Shown piece after piece: positions 1 to 9,513 of a stretch of 64,000 nucleotides of DNA. The stretch is from assembly GCA_964404925.1 (NCBI GenBank), contig CAYOLW010000005.1:5458-69457 (forward strand), given 5' to 3'. The translations under genes and the position numbers were made by a program. The stretch's first letter is position 1. Each line of letters begins with the position of its first letter. Origin of the DNA: an uncultured Candidatus Saccharibacteria bacterium (GTDB taxonomy: Bacteria; Patescibacteriota; Minisyncoccia; Phycocordibacterales; UBA9973). A model generated the notes under the pieces. The model searched no databases. It saw only the letters and a program-made list of their open reading frames with translations, and had not been told where the DNA came from.

Positions 1-80
1 TTTTATATCTAACATGGCAGTAAAATTTATGAATATATAATACTTAGGATTATACATCAATGTTGTTATAATACAAATGA

Positions 81-947
81 ATGGAAATCAAAAAACTGCC
101 AAAAGAATATTGGCCAGAAGGACTATTTGAGATTCCCGAACCACCAGAACAATTGTGGACACTTGGAGATTTTCCGGACTTGGACGGGCTCACTCTGCTG
201 TGCGTTGTTGGTTCTCGCAAATTTACAAGCTACGGAAAAGACGTCTGCGAAAAATTAATTGAAGGATTAAAGGGTCATCCTGTGGTTATCGTCTCGGGAC
301 TCGCCATGGGCATCGACGCTATCGCACACCAAACAGCACTTAAAGTTGGATTAAAAACACTGGTCTTCCCTGGATCTGGACTTTCTCGTAAAGCACTTTA
401 TCCGAAAACAAATTTGAGGTTAGCAGAAGATATTGTGAGAAATGGCGGATGTCTAGTGTCAGAATTTGAACCAGATTTCTTGGCCACACTGTGGGGATTC
501 CCTAAAAGGAATCGTCTTATGGCCGGCATGTGCCAGGCAACGCTCGTGATAGAAGCTGAAGAAAAATCCGGCACATTAATAACCGCACGGCTCGCCACAG
601 AATACAACCGCGATGTGCTCGCCGTGCCTGGATCAATATATTCACCGAATTCTAAAGGCACCAACAGGCTAATCCGCCAAGGCGCTACACCGATAACCTC
701 GGTTGATGATTTGCTAGATGCTTTAGATTTAAAAAAGGATAACAATGCGAACATCCAGCAGAAACTTTTTGCTGAATTGTCACCGGAAGAATTGCGGGTC
801 ATAGACATACTCCGTGAACCCATGCCTCGGGATGAACTAATCCGTGCATTAGGTATAGGCACGTCAGAGGCTAATGCATTAATAACAGTAATGGAAATAA
901 AAAAGATAATAAAAGAGGAACTCGGTGAAATTAGGTTAAGTAATTAA
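81..947 (+). CDS. dprA: DNA processing protein DprA/Smf (Rossmann-like DNA-protecting domain plus C-terminal winged-helix-like tail)
   Basis: Motifs LLCVVGSRKFTSYG, VVIVSGLAMGIDAIAHQTAL and LAVPGSIYSPNSKGTNRLIRQGA match the DprA family; 288 aa. Confidence 0.85.
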   Translation: MEIKKLPKEYWPEGLFEIPEPPEQLWTLGDFPDLDGLTLLCVVGSRKFTSYGKDVCEKLIEGLKGHPVVIVSGLAMGIDAIAHQTALKVGLKTLVFPGSGLSRKALYPKTNLRLAEDIVRNGGCLVSEFEPDFLATLWGFPKRNRLMAGMCQATLVIEAEEKSGTLITARLATEYNRDVLAVPGSIYSPNSKGTNRLIRQGATPITSVDDLLDALDLKKDNNANIQQKLFAELSPEELRVIDILREPMPRDELIRALGIGTSEANALITVMEIKKIIKEELGEIRLSN

Positions 948-975
948 ATTGGAACTACCTCTTCGACAGTCCGCT

Positions 976-1500
976 CTAATCGTCCTCGTATTCTTCCTCA
1001 TCATCATCCCCATCATCTCCCCCTCTAGTTTTTAGGGATTCCATGTTTGCACTTGATTGTACTTTACTATTCACTGCGGCAGCGGCGGAGACTGTATTTA
1101 TACTCTCCCCAACTTTACCAATATAAAAACCTGAAAGCAGATTCCAAGCAAAATTGGAGTGGATAGCGGTAAAAATTTTGGTAGCTTCTTTGCCACACAT
1201 GTCGGTTATTTTCTTCACCCCTCCTGGATGCTGATCAATAAATCCTGCCACGCTGTATACAGAATCTTTCATAATTAAATAACAATCATCTCGTGTCTTG
1301 TGCTTAGCAATTTCAGCTAGGGTTAAGGTGACACTGCTTGTATTAGAGGATGGTACACCGGTCACATCCGGTAATGTGTTTAGAGTATTATCTGCTAAGT
1401 TGGTCGCACTTTGTGGCTGATATTTAGAGTACAAAGCAATTCCCGCAAGTGATGCTACGAAAATTACAAATACTCCCAGTGTTATCTTTTTTAATTTCAT
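976..1500 (-). CDS. membrane-anchored cytochrome b5-like heme-binding domain protein with acidic C-terminal tail
   Basis: N-terminal TM helix; cyt-b5 signature ...YLIMKDSVYSVAGFIDQHPGG...; C-terminal DDGDDDEEEYEDD; located immediately downstream of, and co-oriented with, the ferric reductase gene. Confidence 0.6.
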   Translation of the reverse strand: MKLKKITLGVFVIFVASLAGIALYSKYQPQSATNLADNTLNTLPDVTGVPSSNTSSVTLTLAEIAKHKTRDDCYLIMKDSVYSVAGFIDQHPGGVKKITDMCGKEATKIFTAIHSNFAWNLLSGFYIGKVGESINTVSAAAAVNSKVQSSANMESLKTRGGDDGDDDEEEYEDD

Positions 1501-1514
1501 ATATTCAAATTATT

Positions 1515-2849
1515 TTATAAACTAAATTCCTCTGAATATATAGACGTACCTGGTACACCTAAAGTTGCAAACTGTCTGCGTAGCGCTTGTATCATCGGCA
1601 CAGGTGAACATATGAAAATACTGCGTCTGTCCAGGCTACCTGATTTGTCGTTGATTATCGTTGCATTAATATAGCCAGCTGTATCAGAATAGTGCGGAAT
1701 TATATGAATTAGGTTGTTCCCGATTTTTTGTAATTCATTTAGGTATACTGCCTCAGATGGATTCTTCACACAATAATACAAATCCACCCGATAACCATCT
1801 TCTTCTTTGAGGGATTTAGCCATGGAGATAAAAGGCGTAACCCCGATGCCTCCGGCTATCCATATCTGCTTTTTGAATTCTGCTTCGCTGTATGTGAATT
1901 TACCAAAAGGACCTTCTACCAGTGCCTCAGAGCCTTCTGATAATTTATTTATATTTTGAGTCCAGTCACCCAAGTTTTTAATAGTGAAAGAAATTTTCTC
2001 ATCACCTAATCCTGAAGAAATAGAGAATGGATGACTTTCGCTACTGACATGTTTATCCTTGAAAGTTATAAAAGCAAATTGCCCAGGCAAGAAATCAATT
2101 TTTTCTTTAACTGGTTTTAATATTACTTCAGTAATACCATCCCCAAGAATTTTTACTTTCGAGACACGATACTTTAATCCTCTTTTAATAAAAAGATCTA
2201 AAATAGTGTGATAAAAATATACACATAGTGCTACTCCGGAAACAACCAAAACATAAATCCTAAGTGGCAAATATGTGGAAGTGTCGCTCGGTATAAGGTA
2301 GGCATGCATACCGATGAGGAAAAATGCTATTCCCATGAATTTGTGAGTCCATTTCCAAATATGATACTTGGGCCTGAAATACAAAGTTAAGAATATAAGT
2401 ACAATCAGTAGATAGAATCCCACCTGGCCGAAAGTAATAGCCTGCCCGAACTCATTAGGTGTAAAAAAAGATAAAATACTTCGGAAACTGAGATCTGTGT
2501 ATTGATATATTAGGGATAACGGATGGAAAAGCATAAACATGAATCCAATCTGCCCTACTTGGCCATGCTTGATATACACCCTATTAAGTCCATAGAAAAA
2601 TTCTTCCAGTACTTTAAACTTTGACGATAAGAGCAAAGATTCAGCAAAAAGCATCATACCAATAATGCCGAAAACACGTCCCAGCAGGGATGCTGTGTCT
2701 GCCCAAGTGGTAACATTAAAGCTCACCGACGGAGATAAAGCCCAAAACAATACCGCGATTAACGGAATTGCAATTAAGAAATAAACACCAGATCTATCTT
2801 TATCTGTTTGCATATACACCATTCTATCACAGCATGATTTTCCTGCCAA
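1515..2849 (-). CDS. ferric reductase / NADPH-oxidase-like flavocytochrome (FRD transmembrane domain plus FAD/NAD(P)-binding FNR-like domain)
   Basis: Multi-TM N-terminal half with conserved His residues; HPFSISS (HPFT-type FAD motif), EGPFGKF, IAGGIGVTPFISM (NAD(P)H-binding), CSPVPM; true start probably internal (MVYMQ or MQTDK). Confidence 0.7.
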   Translation of the reverse strand: MAGKSCCDRMVYMQTDKDRSGVYFLIAIPLIAVLFWALSPSVSFNVTTWADTASLLGRVFGIIGMMLFAESLLLSSKFKVLEEFFYGLNRVYIKHGQVGQIGFMFMLFHPLSLIYQYTDLSFRSILSFFTPNEFGQAITFGQVGFYLLIVLIFLTLYFRPKYHIWKWTHKFMGIAFFLIGMHAYLIPSDTSTYLPLRIYVLVVSGVALCVYFYHTILDLFIKRGLKYRVSKVKILGDGITEVILKPVKEKIDFLPGQFAFITFKDKHVSSESHPFSISSGLGDEKISFTIKNLGDWTQNINKLSEGSEALVEGPFGKFTYSEAEFKKQIWIAGGIGVTPFISMAKSLKEEDGYRVDLYYCVKNPSEAVYLNELQKIGNNLIHIIPHYSDTAGYINATIINDKSGSLDRRSIFICSPVPMIQALRRQFATLGVPGTSIYSEEFSL

Positions 2850-2853
2850 AAAA

Positions 2854-3255
2854 TTAAACAGATGGCTGTTCTTGTCTTTCTAGGTCTAAAAGTTGCTTTT
2901 CGAGTTTAAGAATTTCTTCTTGGACTTTTTTGATTTGATCTTGTCCTTCACCCATTTTAATATCAATTTCTAGATTCTTACGTTCAGCTTCAAGTGCTTG
3001 TTTTGTAAATTCTATTTTATCATGTAAATTTAATTTATTATAACTATCTATTTCAAAAGCTTTTGCAGGGTTTATTCCCGGATATTTCTTCATATCAATC
3101 CCCCATTTAGGTTGAAAGTCATTAAAGAATTGCTGGTCCGCCGTACTGTTTGTCTGCGCTTCTACACCTTCTACAGCAGTTGTTATTGCAGCAGCAATTG
3201 TCATGCCCCTTCTAGCTTTTCCCCTTGTAAAAATTTTCTCAAATGGATTTTTCAT
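2854..3255 (-). CDS. hypothetical coiled-coil protein, first gene of the ferric reductase operon
   Basis: ORF with a 4-nt gap to the downstream gene; heptad-rich C-terminus; no recognisable domain. Confidence 0.35.
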   Translation of the reverse strand: MKNPFEKIFTRGKARRGMTIAAAITTAVEGVEAQTNSTADQQFFNDFQPKWGIDMKKYPGINPAKAFEIDSYNKLNLHDKIEFTKQALEAERKNLEIDIKMGEGQDQIKKVQEEILKLEKQLLDLERQEQPSV

Positions 3256-3309
3256 ATTTTTGTACTTAATTATTTTTAATATATACTATACACATTATAA
3301 CACATATAT

Positions 3310-3339
3310 TTGCCAAAAAAATCAAATTCGTGTAATACT
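3310..3339 (+). promoter_or_regulatory. sigma70-like promoter (TTGCCA-18-TAATAC) 6 nt upstream of the topA ATG; leaderless transcript likely
   Basis: Hexamers read directly from sequence; no SD. Confidence 0.4.
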
Positions 3340-3345
3340 GGGCTT

Positions 3346-5574
3346 ATGCGATTATTAATTGTGGAGTCGCCTTCCAAGGCCAAAACAATAGAGAAGTACC
3401 TAGATGGCGCCTCCTCCTCATCGGCGGACAAGTACACCGTGCGTGCTTCTGTTGGTCATATCCGGGATTTACCTAAGTCAAACAAGAAAGCCATAGATAT
3501 AGAAGGAGGCTTTATCCCCCACTATGAGATAAGTAAAGGCAAAGAAAAGGTAGTCCATGAATTACAACACCTAGCCGAGAAGGCCAGTGAAGTACTACTA
3601 GCCACTGACCCTGACCGTGAAGGCGAGGCTATCGCTTGGCACATAGAGGAATTACTGAAAGCTGACAAGAAAGTTAAAGCAAAAATAAAAAGAGTCACTT
3701 TTCATGAAATAACCAAAGAAGCTATTCTAGAAGCACTCAAAGAACCACGTGAAATAGACACAGATTTGCGTCGTGCCCAAGAAGCTCGCCGTGTGCTCGA
3801 CCGACTTGTGGGATACGATCTATCTGGAGTTATTTGGAAGAAGGTCCGCTACGGTCTATCTGCTGGGCGAGTACAATCCCCGGCCCTACGCATAATCATG
3901 GAACGTGAAAGAGAAATCCGAGCTTTTATCCCAGAAAAATATTGGAGGATTTGGGGTGAGTTTGAAACTGCTAAAAAAGCTGCTATCAGATTAGAGTGTA
4001 GCGAAGAACCACGTGATGAAAAATTGGTAGATAAAATAATGCAAGTAGGCAATGCCGGCACTTGGGTTATTGATGGTGTCAAAGAATCCGAACAAAAGCG
4101 TGCACCCCGTGCACCGTTTACTACTTCCACATTGCAGCAGACAGCGAGTTCAAGACTCGGCTACTCACCTTCTCGTACCATGCAGATAGCGCAGAAATTG
4201 TATGAAGCTGGACATATAACATACATGCGTACCGATAGTACTAATCTAGCTAAAGTTGCCCAAGACCAAATACTTGCCTTGATCGATAAAAAGTTCGGTA
4301 AAGACTATGTTGTACCGAGAGTATATAAAACAAAATCCAAAAATGCTCAAGAAGCCCATGAAGCCATCCGACCAACTCATTTTAATGTAGAACATGCGGG
4401 TACAGATGAACAACAAAAATTGTATCGTCTAATCTGGGAGCGTACAGTATCCAGCCAAATGGCTGATGCCAAAGTTCTGCGAACTAAACTAACTGCAGTT
4501 ATCGAAGGAGAAGAAGAAATTCCTCCGTTTAGCGCCAATGGTTCGAGGCTTCTTTTCCCAGGATGGCTAGCCGTAGATACCGCAGCCCGTGGTGAAGATG
4601 TAGAATTACCAGAATGCAAAGCTGGAGAAAAGTTGAAACTTTTGAAACTAGAAAACGAAGAGAAATTTACCGAACCGCCAGGCCGCTATAGCGAAGCTGG
4701 ATTAGTGAAAGAACTTGAATCTCGTGGTATAGGGCGACCTAGTACCTACGCATCTATCATGCGTACCATAGAAGAACGTGGTTATGTAAGAAAAGAAAAT
4801 AAAACACTTTTCCCCACCGATACAGGTGAAGTAGTCTCTGATTTCCTAGAGAATAATTTTGCTAACTATATTTCAGATACATTTACTGCCGAAATGGAAG
4901 ACGAGCTTGATGAGATTTCTCGAGGTGAACGTGATTATGAGAAAACCTTAAGAGAGTTCTACACTCCTTTTATCAAAGAAGTAAAAGAAAAAGATAAATT
5001 AGCCAAAGCTACGGACCTGGGTGCTGCGCCGGAAAATATAAAATGTCCTAAATGTGGTAAAAGCATGATAATAAAGCTTGCTCGAGCTGGTAAATTCTAT
5101 TCTTGTTCTGACTACCCTGATTGTACTGGTGCACTCATGCTAGACGGAACAGAACTCCAAGGTCCAAAAGAAATAGGAGAAATGTGTCCCCTATGTGGCG
5201 AGAAGAAAGGTAAATCCGGAGGTGGTAAACTCGTCATCCGAGAACGTCGCGACGGTACCGGCACATTTATATCTTGCTCACGTTATCCAAAATGTAAATT
5301 TATTAAAGAAGACGAGGAAGAGAAGAAAAGGAAAATGACAGATGTAGAATGCCCTACCTGCAAAAAGGGTTTTATGATGGAACGCCGAGGAAGATTCGGT
5401 ATATTCTATTCTTGCTCAAACTATCCAGACTGCAAAAATGCCATTAAAGCCAAACCAACTGGTCGCATATGTGACATGTGTAGTTCATTAATGATGGAAG
5501 GCACCAAGACAATCCCAGAGAGATGCAGTAATAATAAATGCCCTAACCACCGACCAGATAAACTCAAAAAATAA
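3346..5574 (+). CDS. topA: DNA topoisomerase I with C-terminal multiple zinc-ribbon domains
   Basis: MRLLIVESPSKAKTIEKYL Toprim N-terminus, GYITYMRTDS active-site Tyr region, four C4 zinc ribbons (CPKCGK, CPLCGE, CPTCKKG, CDMC); ORF track used an upstream TTG, and the ATG at 3346 fits the family N-terminus. Confidence 0.9.
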   Translation: MRLLIVESPSKAKTIEKYLDGASSSSADKYTVRASVGHIRDLPKSNKKAIDIEGGFIPHYEISKGKEKVVHELQHLAEKASEVLLATDPDREGEAIAWHIEELLKADKKVKAKIKRVTFHEITKEAILEALKEPREIDTDLRRAQEARRVLDRLVGYDLSGVIWKKVRYGLSAGRVQSPALRIIMEREREIRAFIPEKYWRIWGEFETAKKAAIRLECSEEPRDEKLVDKIMQVGNAGTWVIDGVKESEQKRAPRAPFTTSTLQQTASSRLGYSPSRTMQIAQKLYEAGHITYMRTDSTNLAKVAQDQILALIDKKFGKDYVVPRVYKTKSKNAQEAHEAIRPTHFNVEHAGTDEQQKLYRLIWERTVSSQMADAKVLRTKLTAVIEGEEEIPPFSANGSRLLFPGWLAVDTAARGEDVELPECKAGEKLKLLKLENEEKFTEPPGRYSEAGLVKELESRGIGRPSTYASIMRTIEERGYVRKENKTLFPTDTGEVVSDFLENNFANYISDTFTAEMEDELDEISRGERDYEKTLREFYTPFIKEVKEKDKLAKATDLGAAPENIKCPKCGKSMIIKLARAGKFYSCSDYPDCTGALMLDGTELQGPKEIGEMCPLCGEKKGKSGGGKLVIRERRDGTGTFISCSRYPKCKFIKEDEEEKKRKMTDVECPTCKKGFMMERRGRFGIFYSCSNYPDCKNAIKAKPTGRICDMCSSLMMEGTKTIPERCSNNKCPNHRPDKLKK

Positions 5575-5582
5575 ATTCAATA

Positions 5583-5610
5583 TTGAATTAAATACATAAC
5601 TGCTATAATA
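5583..5610 (+). promoter_or_regulatory. promoter TTGAAT-16-TATAAT, 8 nt upstream of the rel ATG
   Basis: Consensus -10 TATAAT at 5605-5610; ATG at 5619. Confidence 0.45.
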
Positions 5611-5618
5611 TACTTCAT

Positions 5619-7103
5619 ATGCCAGACATAGAAGAACTATTTAGTTTAAGTGTGCAAGAATTTAGTGAGGCTGATAAGCAACTCCTAAAGAAAGCTTTTT
5701 TATTTGCTTGGAAAGCCCACGAGCCTCAAAAACGTGATTCCGGCGAACCGTATTTCATACATGTGTTTGAGACTGCTAAAATATTAACTAAACTCGGAAT
5801 GGACACCAACACCATTGCTGCAGGTTTTCTTCATGACACAATCGAAGACACACCCGTCACAGAGGCAGAACTTGAAAAAGAGTTCGGTAAAGAAATTTTG
5901 TTTCTAGTAAATGGAGTGACCAAATTAGGAACATTGAAATACCGCGGTCATGATAGACACGTGGAGAGTATGCGTAAATTCTTTATGGCTATGGCGAATG
6001 ACCTGCGAGTCGTTACCATCAAACTTGCTGATCGGCTACACAATCTGCGCACACTAGAACACAAAAAACCTGAAAAGCAGAAGCGTATAGCCTTAGAATC
6101 TATCGAAGTGTATGCAGCGCTTGCGAACAGACTCGGTATGGGTAAACTAAAAAGTGAAATTGAAGAAGCTGCTTTTCCTTTTGCTTATCCAGAGGCCTAC
6201 GCCGAAGTCACAGCTAAACTGAGTGAACGCGAAGAAAAATATAAAAAAGACACAGAATCAATAAAGACTGAGCTAGAAGAAACATTAAAGAAAGAAAACA
6301 TTTCTTTTGATGAAGTTAGTTATCGAGTGAAGACCAAATACAGTCTGTGGCGCAAACTTGCAAGGTATGACATGGATATAGATAAAATCTACGATATCAT
6401 TGCATTGCGTGTTGTTGTCGAAAGTGTCGAAGAATGCTACCAAATACTTGGAATAATTCACTCTATTTGGCGACCAATCCAAGGCCGAATAAAGGACTAC
6501 ATTTCAATACCTAAACCTAATGGTTACAGGTCTCTCCATACTACTGTATTCACCGGAGAAACAGGTGTAGCTGAAATTCAGATTCGTACCCGAGAAATGC
6601 ACGCTGAAGCTGCCTACGGTATTGCAGCTCACTTTGCCTACAAAGAACAAGGAGGCAAAAAGAAACAAGATGATAGCAAGAAATTTGAATGGATTGAAGA
6701 ACTTCAAGAGTTGAATTACAATCCAGATAAACCAAATACTTTTTTCGAGCACTTGAAAATGGATTTCTTTAATGACCGAATTTTCATCATGACACCCAAA
6801 GGTGATGTAGTTGATCTACCTGAACATTCAACAGCTATTGATTTTGCTTATTCTATCCACTCAGATGTTGGGAACCACACTTCGGGGGCCAAAATTAACG
6901 GTAAACTAAGCCAGATTTTTACTGTATTAAAAAATGGTGACATTGTAGAAATTTTAACTAAAAAAGACGCTAACCCTTCACGTAAATGGCTAGATCACAC
7001 AAAAACAAACTTAGCAAAAAGACACATCAGAATATATCTCGATAAAAATGAAAGTTCTCTATTCGACAGATTGAAGAGTCTCGGTGGATATAAAAAGAAT
7101 TAG
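5619..7103 (+). CDS. rel: bifunctional (p)ppGpp synthetase/hydrolase Rel/SpoT homolog (HD plus RelA_SpoT plus TGS; no ACT domain)
   Basis: HD motif FLHDTIEDT; synthetase region YRSLHTTV...; TGS-like C-terminus GDVVDLPEHSTAIDFAYSIHSDVG. Confidence 0.85.
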   Translation: MPDIEELFSLSVQEFSEADKQLLKKAFLFAWKAHEPQKRDSGEPYFIHVFETAKILTKLGMDTNTIAAGFLHDTIEDTPVTEAELEKEFGKEILFLVNGVTKLGTLKYRGHDRHVESMRKFFMAMANDLRVVTIKLADRLHNLRTLEHKKPEKQKRIALESIEVYAALANRLGMGKLKSEIEEAAFPFAYPEAYAEVTAKLSEREEKYKKDTESIKTELEETLKKENISFDEVSYRVKTKYSLWRKLARYDMDIDKIYDIIALRVVVESVEECYQILGIIHSIWRPIQGRIKDYISIPKPNGYRSLHTTVFTGETGVAEIQIRTREMHAEAAYGIAAHFAYKEQGGKKKQDDSKKFEWIEELQELNYNPDKPNTFFEHLKMDFFNDRIFIMTPKGDVVDLPEHSTAIDFAYSIHSDVGNHTSGAKINGKLSQIFTVLKNGDIVEILTKKDANPSRKWLDHTKTNLAKRHIRIYLDKNESSLFDRLKSLGGYKKN

Positions 7104-8116
7104 AGACTGAAATTAGCAATATCGTACAGGGCTGCTTCATCGGCAGCTCGTTTGTTTTCTTCGGCAATCAATCGTAATTCTTCTTCTCGGCGAGCTATTT
7201 CATCGGGATGTTCTTTCTCTACCTCAACAGCATTAGGTACGAAATTTGAAGCAATGTGATTATCCAGCATATGGGTCAAACCCTTCATTTGTTCTGGGTG
7301 TTTAATAAGGCTCAGAATTGTCTGCAAATCATTCGGTGTGAAAAAGTCTATCTTTATGTGTCCCCCATTTTCTTTCATTTCAATCTGTACACGAGTACCT
7401 AGTTTTTCCCCCAATTCTTCTTCCATCTCAACTATAGCCGGATCTACTAAGTATTCCTTTTTACGTACACGATCATAGGCAATTTTGCGAGCTATTTTCT
7501 CAGCATCTCTGACGGTTAATCTCTTGTAGACTATTTCCTTGAATAAAACATTTTGTTCTTCTGGGTGGTCTGCCAACATAAGTAATGGACGAGTGTGACC
7601 TTCATTTATTTTACCCTCAGCAAGCCCGGTTAATATTTCTTCTGGAAGAGCCAGTATACGCAAAGAGTTGGAAACATATTCACGACTTTTACCAAGCTTC
7701 TTACCAATGTCTGCGTGAGTAAATTTAAATTCACTAGCTAATCGTTCAAAAGCTCGAGCCCGGTCAACAGAGTTCAGATCTTCTCTTTGTAAGTTCTCAA
7801 GTATAGCGAGCTCAAGCTTCATCATGCTTGAATCTCCCACACGAATAATAGCAGGCACTTGTGACACTCCAGCTAGCTTGGAAGCACGCAGTCTACGTTC
7901 TCCTGCAATAAGCTCATATTCAGTAACTAGGCCACCATCTTCTTTTTCTATTTCAACACGAGATACTGTTAAAGGCTGTAGTACTCCATACTGCTTGATT
8001 GAATCAGCCAAGTCCTGCAACCTAGCAGGATCAAACTCTCGTCTGGGTTGATATGGGTTTGGTTTTATTTTGTCGGTTTCGATCCAGAAAATTGAATTGG
8101 AATATAAGTTAGACAT
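7100..8116 (-). CDS. parB: ParB/Spo0J-like partition protein (ParB N-terminal domain plus HTH) with C-terminal extension
   Basis: LIAGERRLRASKLAG ParB box; HTH FTHADIGKKLGKSREYVSNSLR; convergent 4-nt overlap with rel. Confidence 0.8.
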   Translation of the reverse strand: MSNLYSNSIFWIETDKIKPNPYQPRREFDPARLQDLADSIKQYGVLQPLTVSRVEIEKEDGGLVTEYELIAGERRLRASKLAGVSQVPAIIRVGDSSMMKLELAILENLQREDLNSVDRARAFERLASEFKFTHADIGKKLGKSREYVSNSLRILALPEEILTGLAEGKINEGHTRPLLMLADHPEEQNVLFKEIVYKRLTVRDAEKIARKIAYDRVRKKEYLVDPAIVEMEEELGEKLGTRVQIEMKENGGHIKIDFFTPNDLQTILSLIKHPEQMKGLTHMLDNHIASNFVPNAVEVEKEHPDEIARREEELRLIAEENKRAADEAALYDIANFSL

Positions 8117-8152
8117 GAAGCTATTTTAGCACAAAAAATAATTTCGGGTAAA

Positions 8153-8172
8153 CCTGCCTGCCGGCAGGCAGG
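8153..8172. promoter_or_regulatory. perfect 20-bp palindrome CCTGCCTGCCGGCAGGCAGG between the parB start and the tRNA-Leu promoter
   Basis: Read directly; exact self-complementarity. Confidence 0.5.
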
Positions 8173-8174
8173 AA

Positions 8175-8203
8175 TTGATTTTCTGTACAAATCTGTGTAA
8201 TAT
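8175..8203 (+). promoter_or_regulatory. tRNA-Leu promoter TTGATT-17-TAATAT with extended -10 TG
   Basis: TTGATT 8175-8180, TGtTAATAT 8195-8203; tRNA starts at 8224. Confidence 0.55.
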
Positions 8204-8223
8204 ATGTGAATTGCTAAAAGCAT

Positions 8224-8305
8224 GCCGGGATGGCGGAATTGGTATACGCATACGACTCAAAATCGTACGGGGCAACCCTTGAGAGTTCAAGTCTCTCTCC
8301 CGGCA
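8224..8305 (+). tRNA. tRNA-Leu (anticodon CAA), class II with long variable arm; CCA not encoded
   Basis: Acceptor GCCGGGA/TCCCGGC, anticodon stem TACGA/TCGTA with loop CTCAAAA, variable arm CGGGGCAACCCTT, T-arm GAGAG-TTCAAGT-CTCTC. Confidence 0.85.
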
Positions 8306-8309
8306 CAAA

Positions 8310-9434
8310 TTATTTAACTATTTTACTTGTAAAAAGTAGTGTTTTACGTGCATCTCTTTCTAGCATGTGCCAGACAGACATCAATTTATAGTCATCTTTA
8401 AAATACTGAGATTCAAATTCTAAACATTTTTTCGCAATGAACAATGCCAGTACAGCTACCAAGATCCCAAACAAACTGTCTACCGCATAATGCTGAAAAG
8501 TTGTAACAGTTCCCAGTATATTGAAAAAAAGCCACGGCAGTAAAAAAATTGCATATGGCGTAAACAGCTCTATCCCAATAACCACAGCGATAACGCCCCA
8601 AGCCACGTGCATTGAAGGAAAAGTTGAAACCGCAAAAGACTTTAAAGTCGGATCAATCCAGGTTTCTAAAACATGCGGTAAATATTCATCAATATTTTTC
8701 TCTATTTTTGTATTTTTAATCTCGTAATTTATGTTCTCTGGCACAGGTCTGCCTAAAGTATTCACCACATACATCTCAGCTGGTGAAATTGCTGGAATCA
8801 ATGTCCAAAATGGTAAACCTATAAAACCAGCTATTATGAAACTAATAATAAACTTCCTGAGAAGTTGTGAGTTAGTGAACAAAGCCGTCAAAACAACAAC
8901 AGAAATAATGAAAAGAATTTGCCTATAAGCCAGCACCGACAGAAAACCAATAGAACCAATAGCAGCAAATTTCTGCAGAAAAAAAGGCGGATAAACGCCA
9001 AATATTAGATAGTCTAGATGCATCAGGTACTCTGATGTACTAGCCACAGCCCCCGGGTCAGCATTCCGATAAACAAACTCAAGTGCATAGCTATATATGA
9101 CTATTAAAAAAACAATAAGTAAAGTCCAAAAAGCGAGTGAACGAATATAAATTAAAAGCTTCTTGCCAATGTTAATAAATATGCTTTTAGCATTGTCCTT
9201 GTTTTTTATTAAATTAAATACAACAAATAATATTTTGAAAAAACCATAAATAGACACAATACTAAGTATTGAAAATATTGCTGAACCAAACAATAACGAA
9301 TGGTCTAGATGAAACGTAAGGTCACCAAAACCAAGATTATTAAATTTAATTATTAACAAAGAAAATAAACTGAACACAAAAAATAAAGCAAAGAGTACAT
9401 GTACCTCAATAGGCATTCGTCTGAAAAATTTCAT
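8310..9434 (-). CDS. polytopic membrane protein of the PAP2 (acid phosphatase/phosphotransferase) superfamily
   Basis: About 10 predicted TM helices; PAP2-like motifs FPSMHVAWG and TFQHYAVDSLFG (H...D) near the C-terminus. Confidence 0.45.
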   Translation of the reverse strand: MKFFRRMPIEVHVLFALFFVFSLFSLLIIKFNNLGFGDLTFHLDHSLLFGSAIFSILSIVSIYGFFKILFVVFNLIKNKDNAKSIFINIGKKLLIYIRSLAFWTLLIVFLIVIYSYALEFVYRNADPGAVASTSEYLMHLDYLIFGVYPPFFLQKFAAIGSIGFLSVLAYRQILFIISVVVLTALFTNSQLLRKFIISFIIAGFIGLPFWTLIPAISPAEMYVVNTLGRPVPENINYEIKNTKIEKNIDEYLPHVLETWIDPTLKSFAVSTFPSMHVAWGVIAVVIGIELFTPYAIFLLPWLFFNILGTVTTFQHYAVDSLFGILVAVLALFIAKKCLEFESQYFKDDYKLMSVWHMLERDARKTLLFTSKIVK

Positions 9435-9477
9435 ATATATATAATACCACAGAGTTTGGTGTATCGGCTTTGATATA

Positions 9478-9506
9478 TTTACAATATATCACATATGATA
9501 TATAAT
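9478..9506 (+). promoter_or_regulatory. near-consensus promoter TTTACA-17-TATAAT 7 nt upstream of the HTH-MurA ATG (leaderless)
   Basis: TTTACA 9478-9483; TATAAT 9501-9506; ATG 9514; no SD. Confidence 0.55.
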
Positions 9507-9513
9507 ATTCTCC

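Noticed and set aside
3310-3345. TTG start for topA (and likewise TTG starts at 14704 and 20100 used by the ORF track)
   Set aside because: Downstream ATGs give N-termini matching family conventions, and the upstream extension overlaps promoter elements.
3849-4619. Antisense ORFs (93 and 80 aa) inside topA
   Set aside because: Fully contained in a strongly supported topA reading frame on the opposite strand; no motifs; typical shadow ORFs.
6285-6752. Three minus-strand ORFs inside rel/spoT
   Set aside because: Antisense to a well-supported CDS; low-complexity translations.
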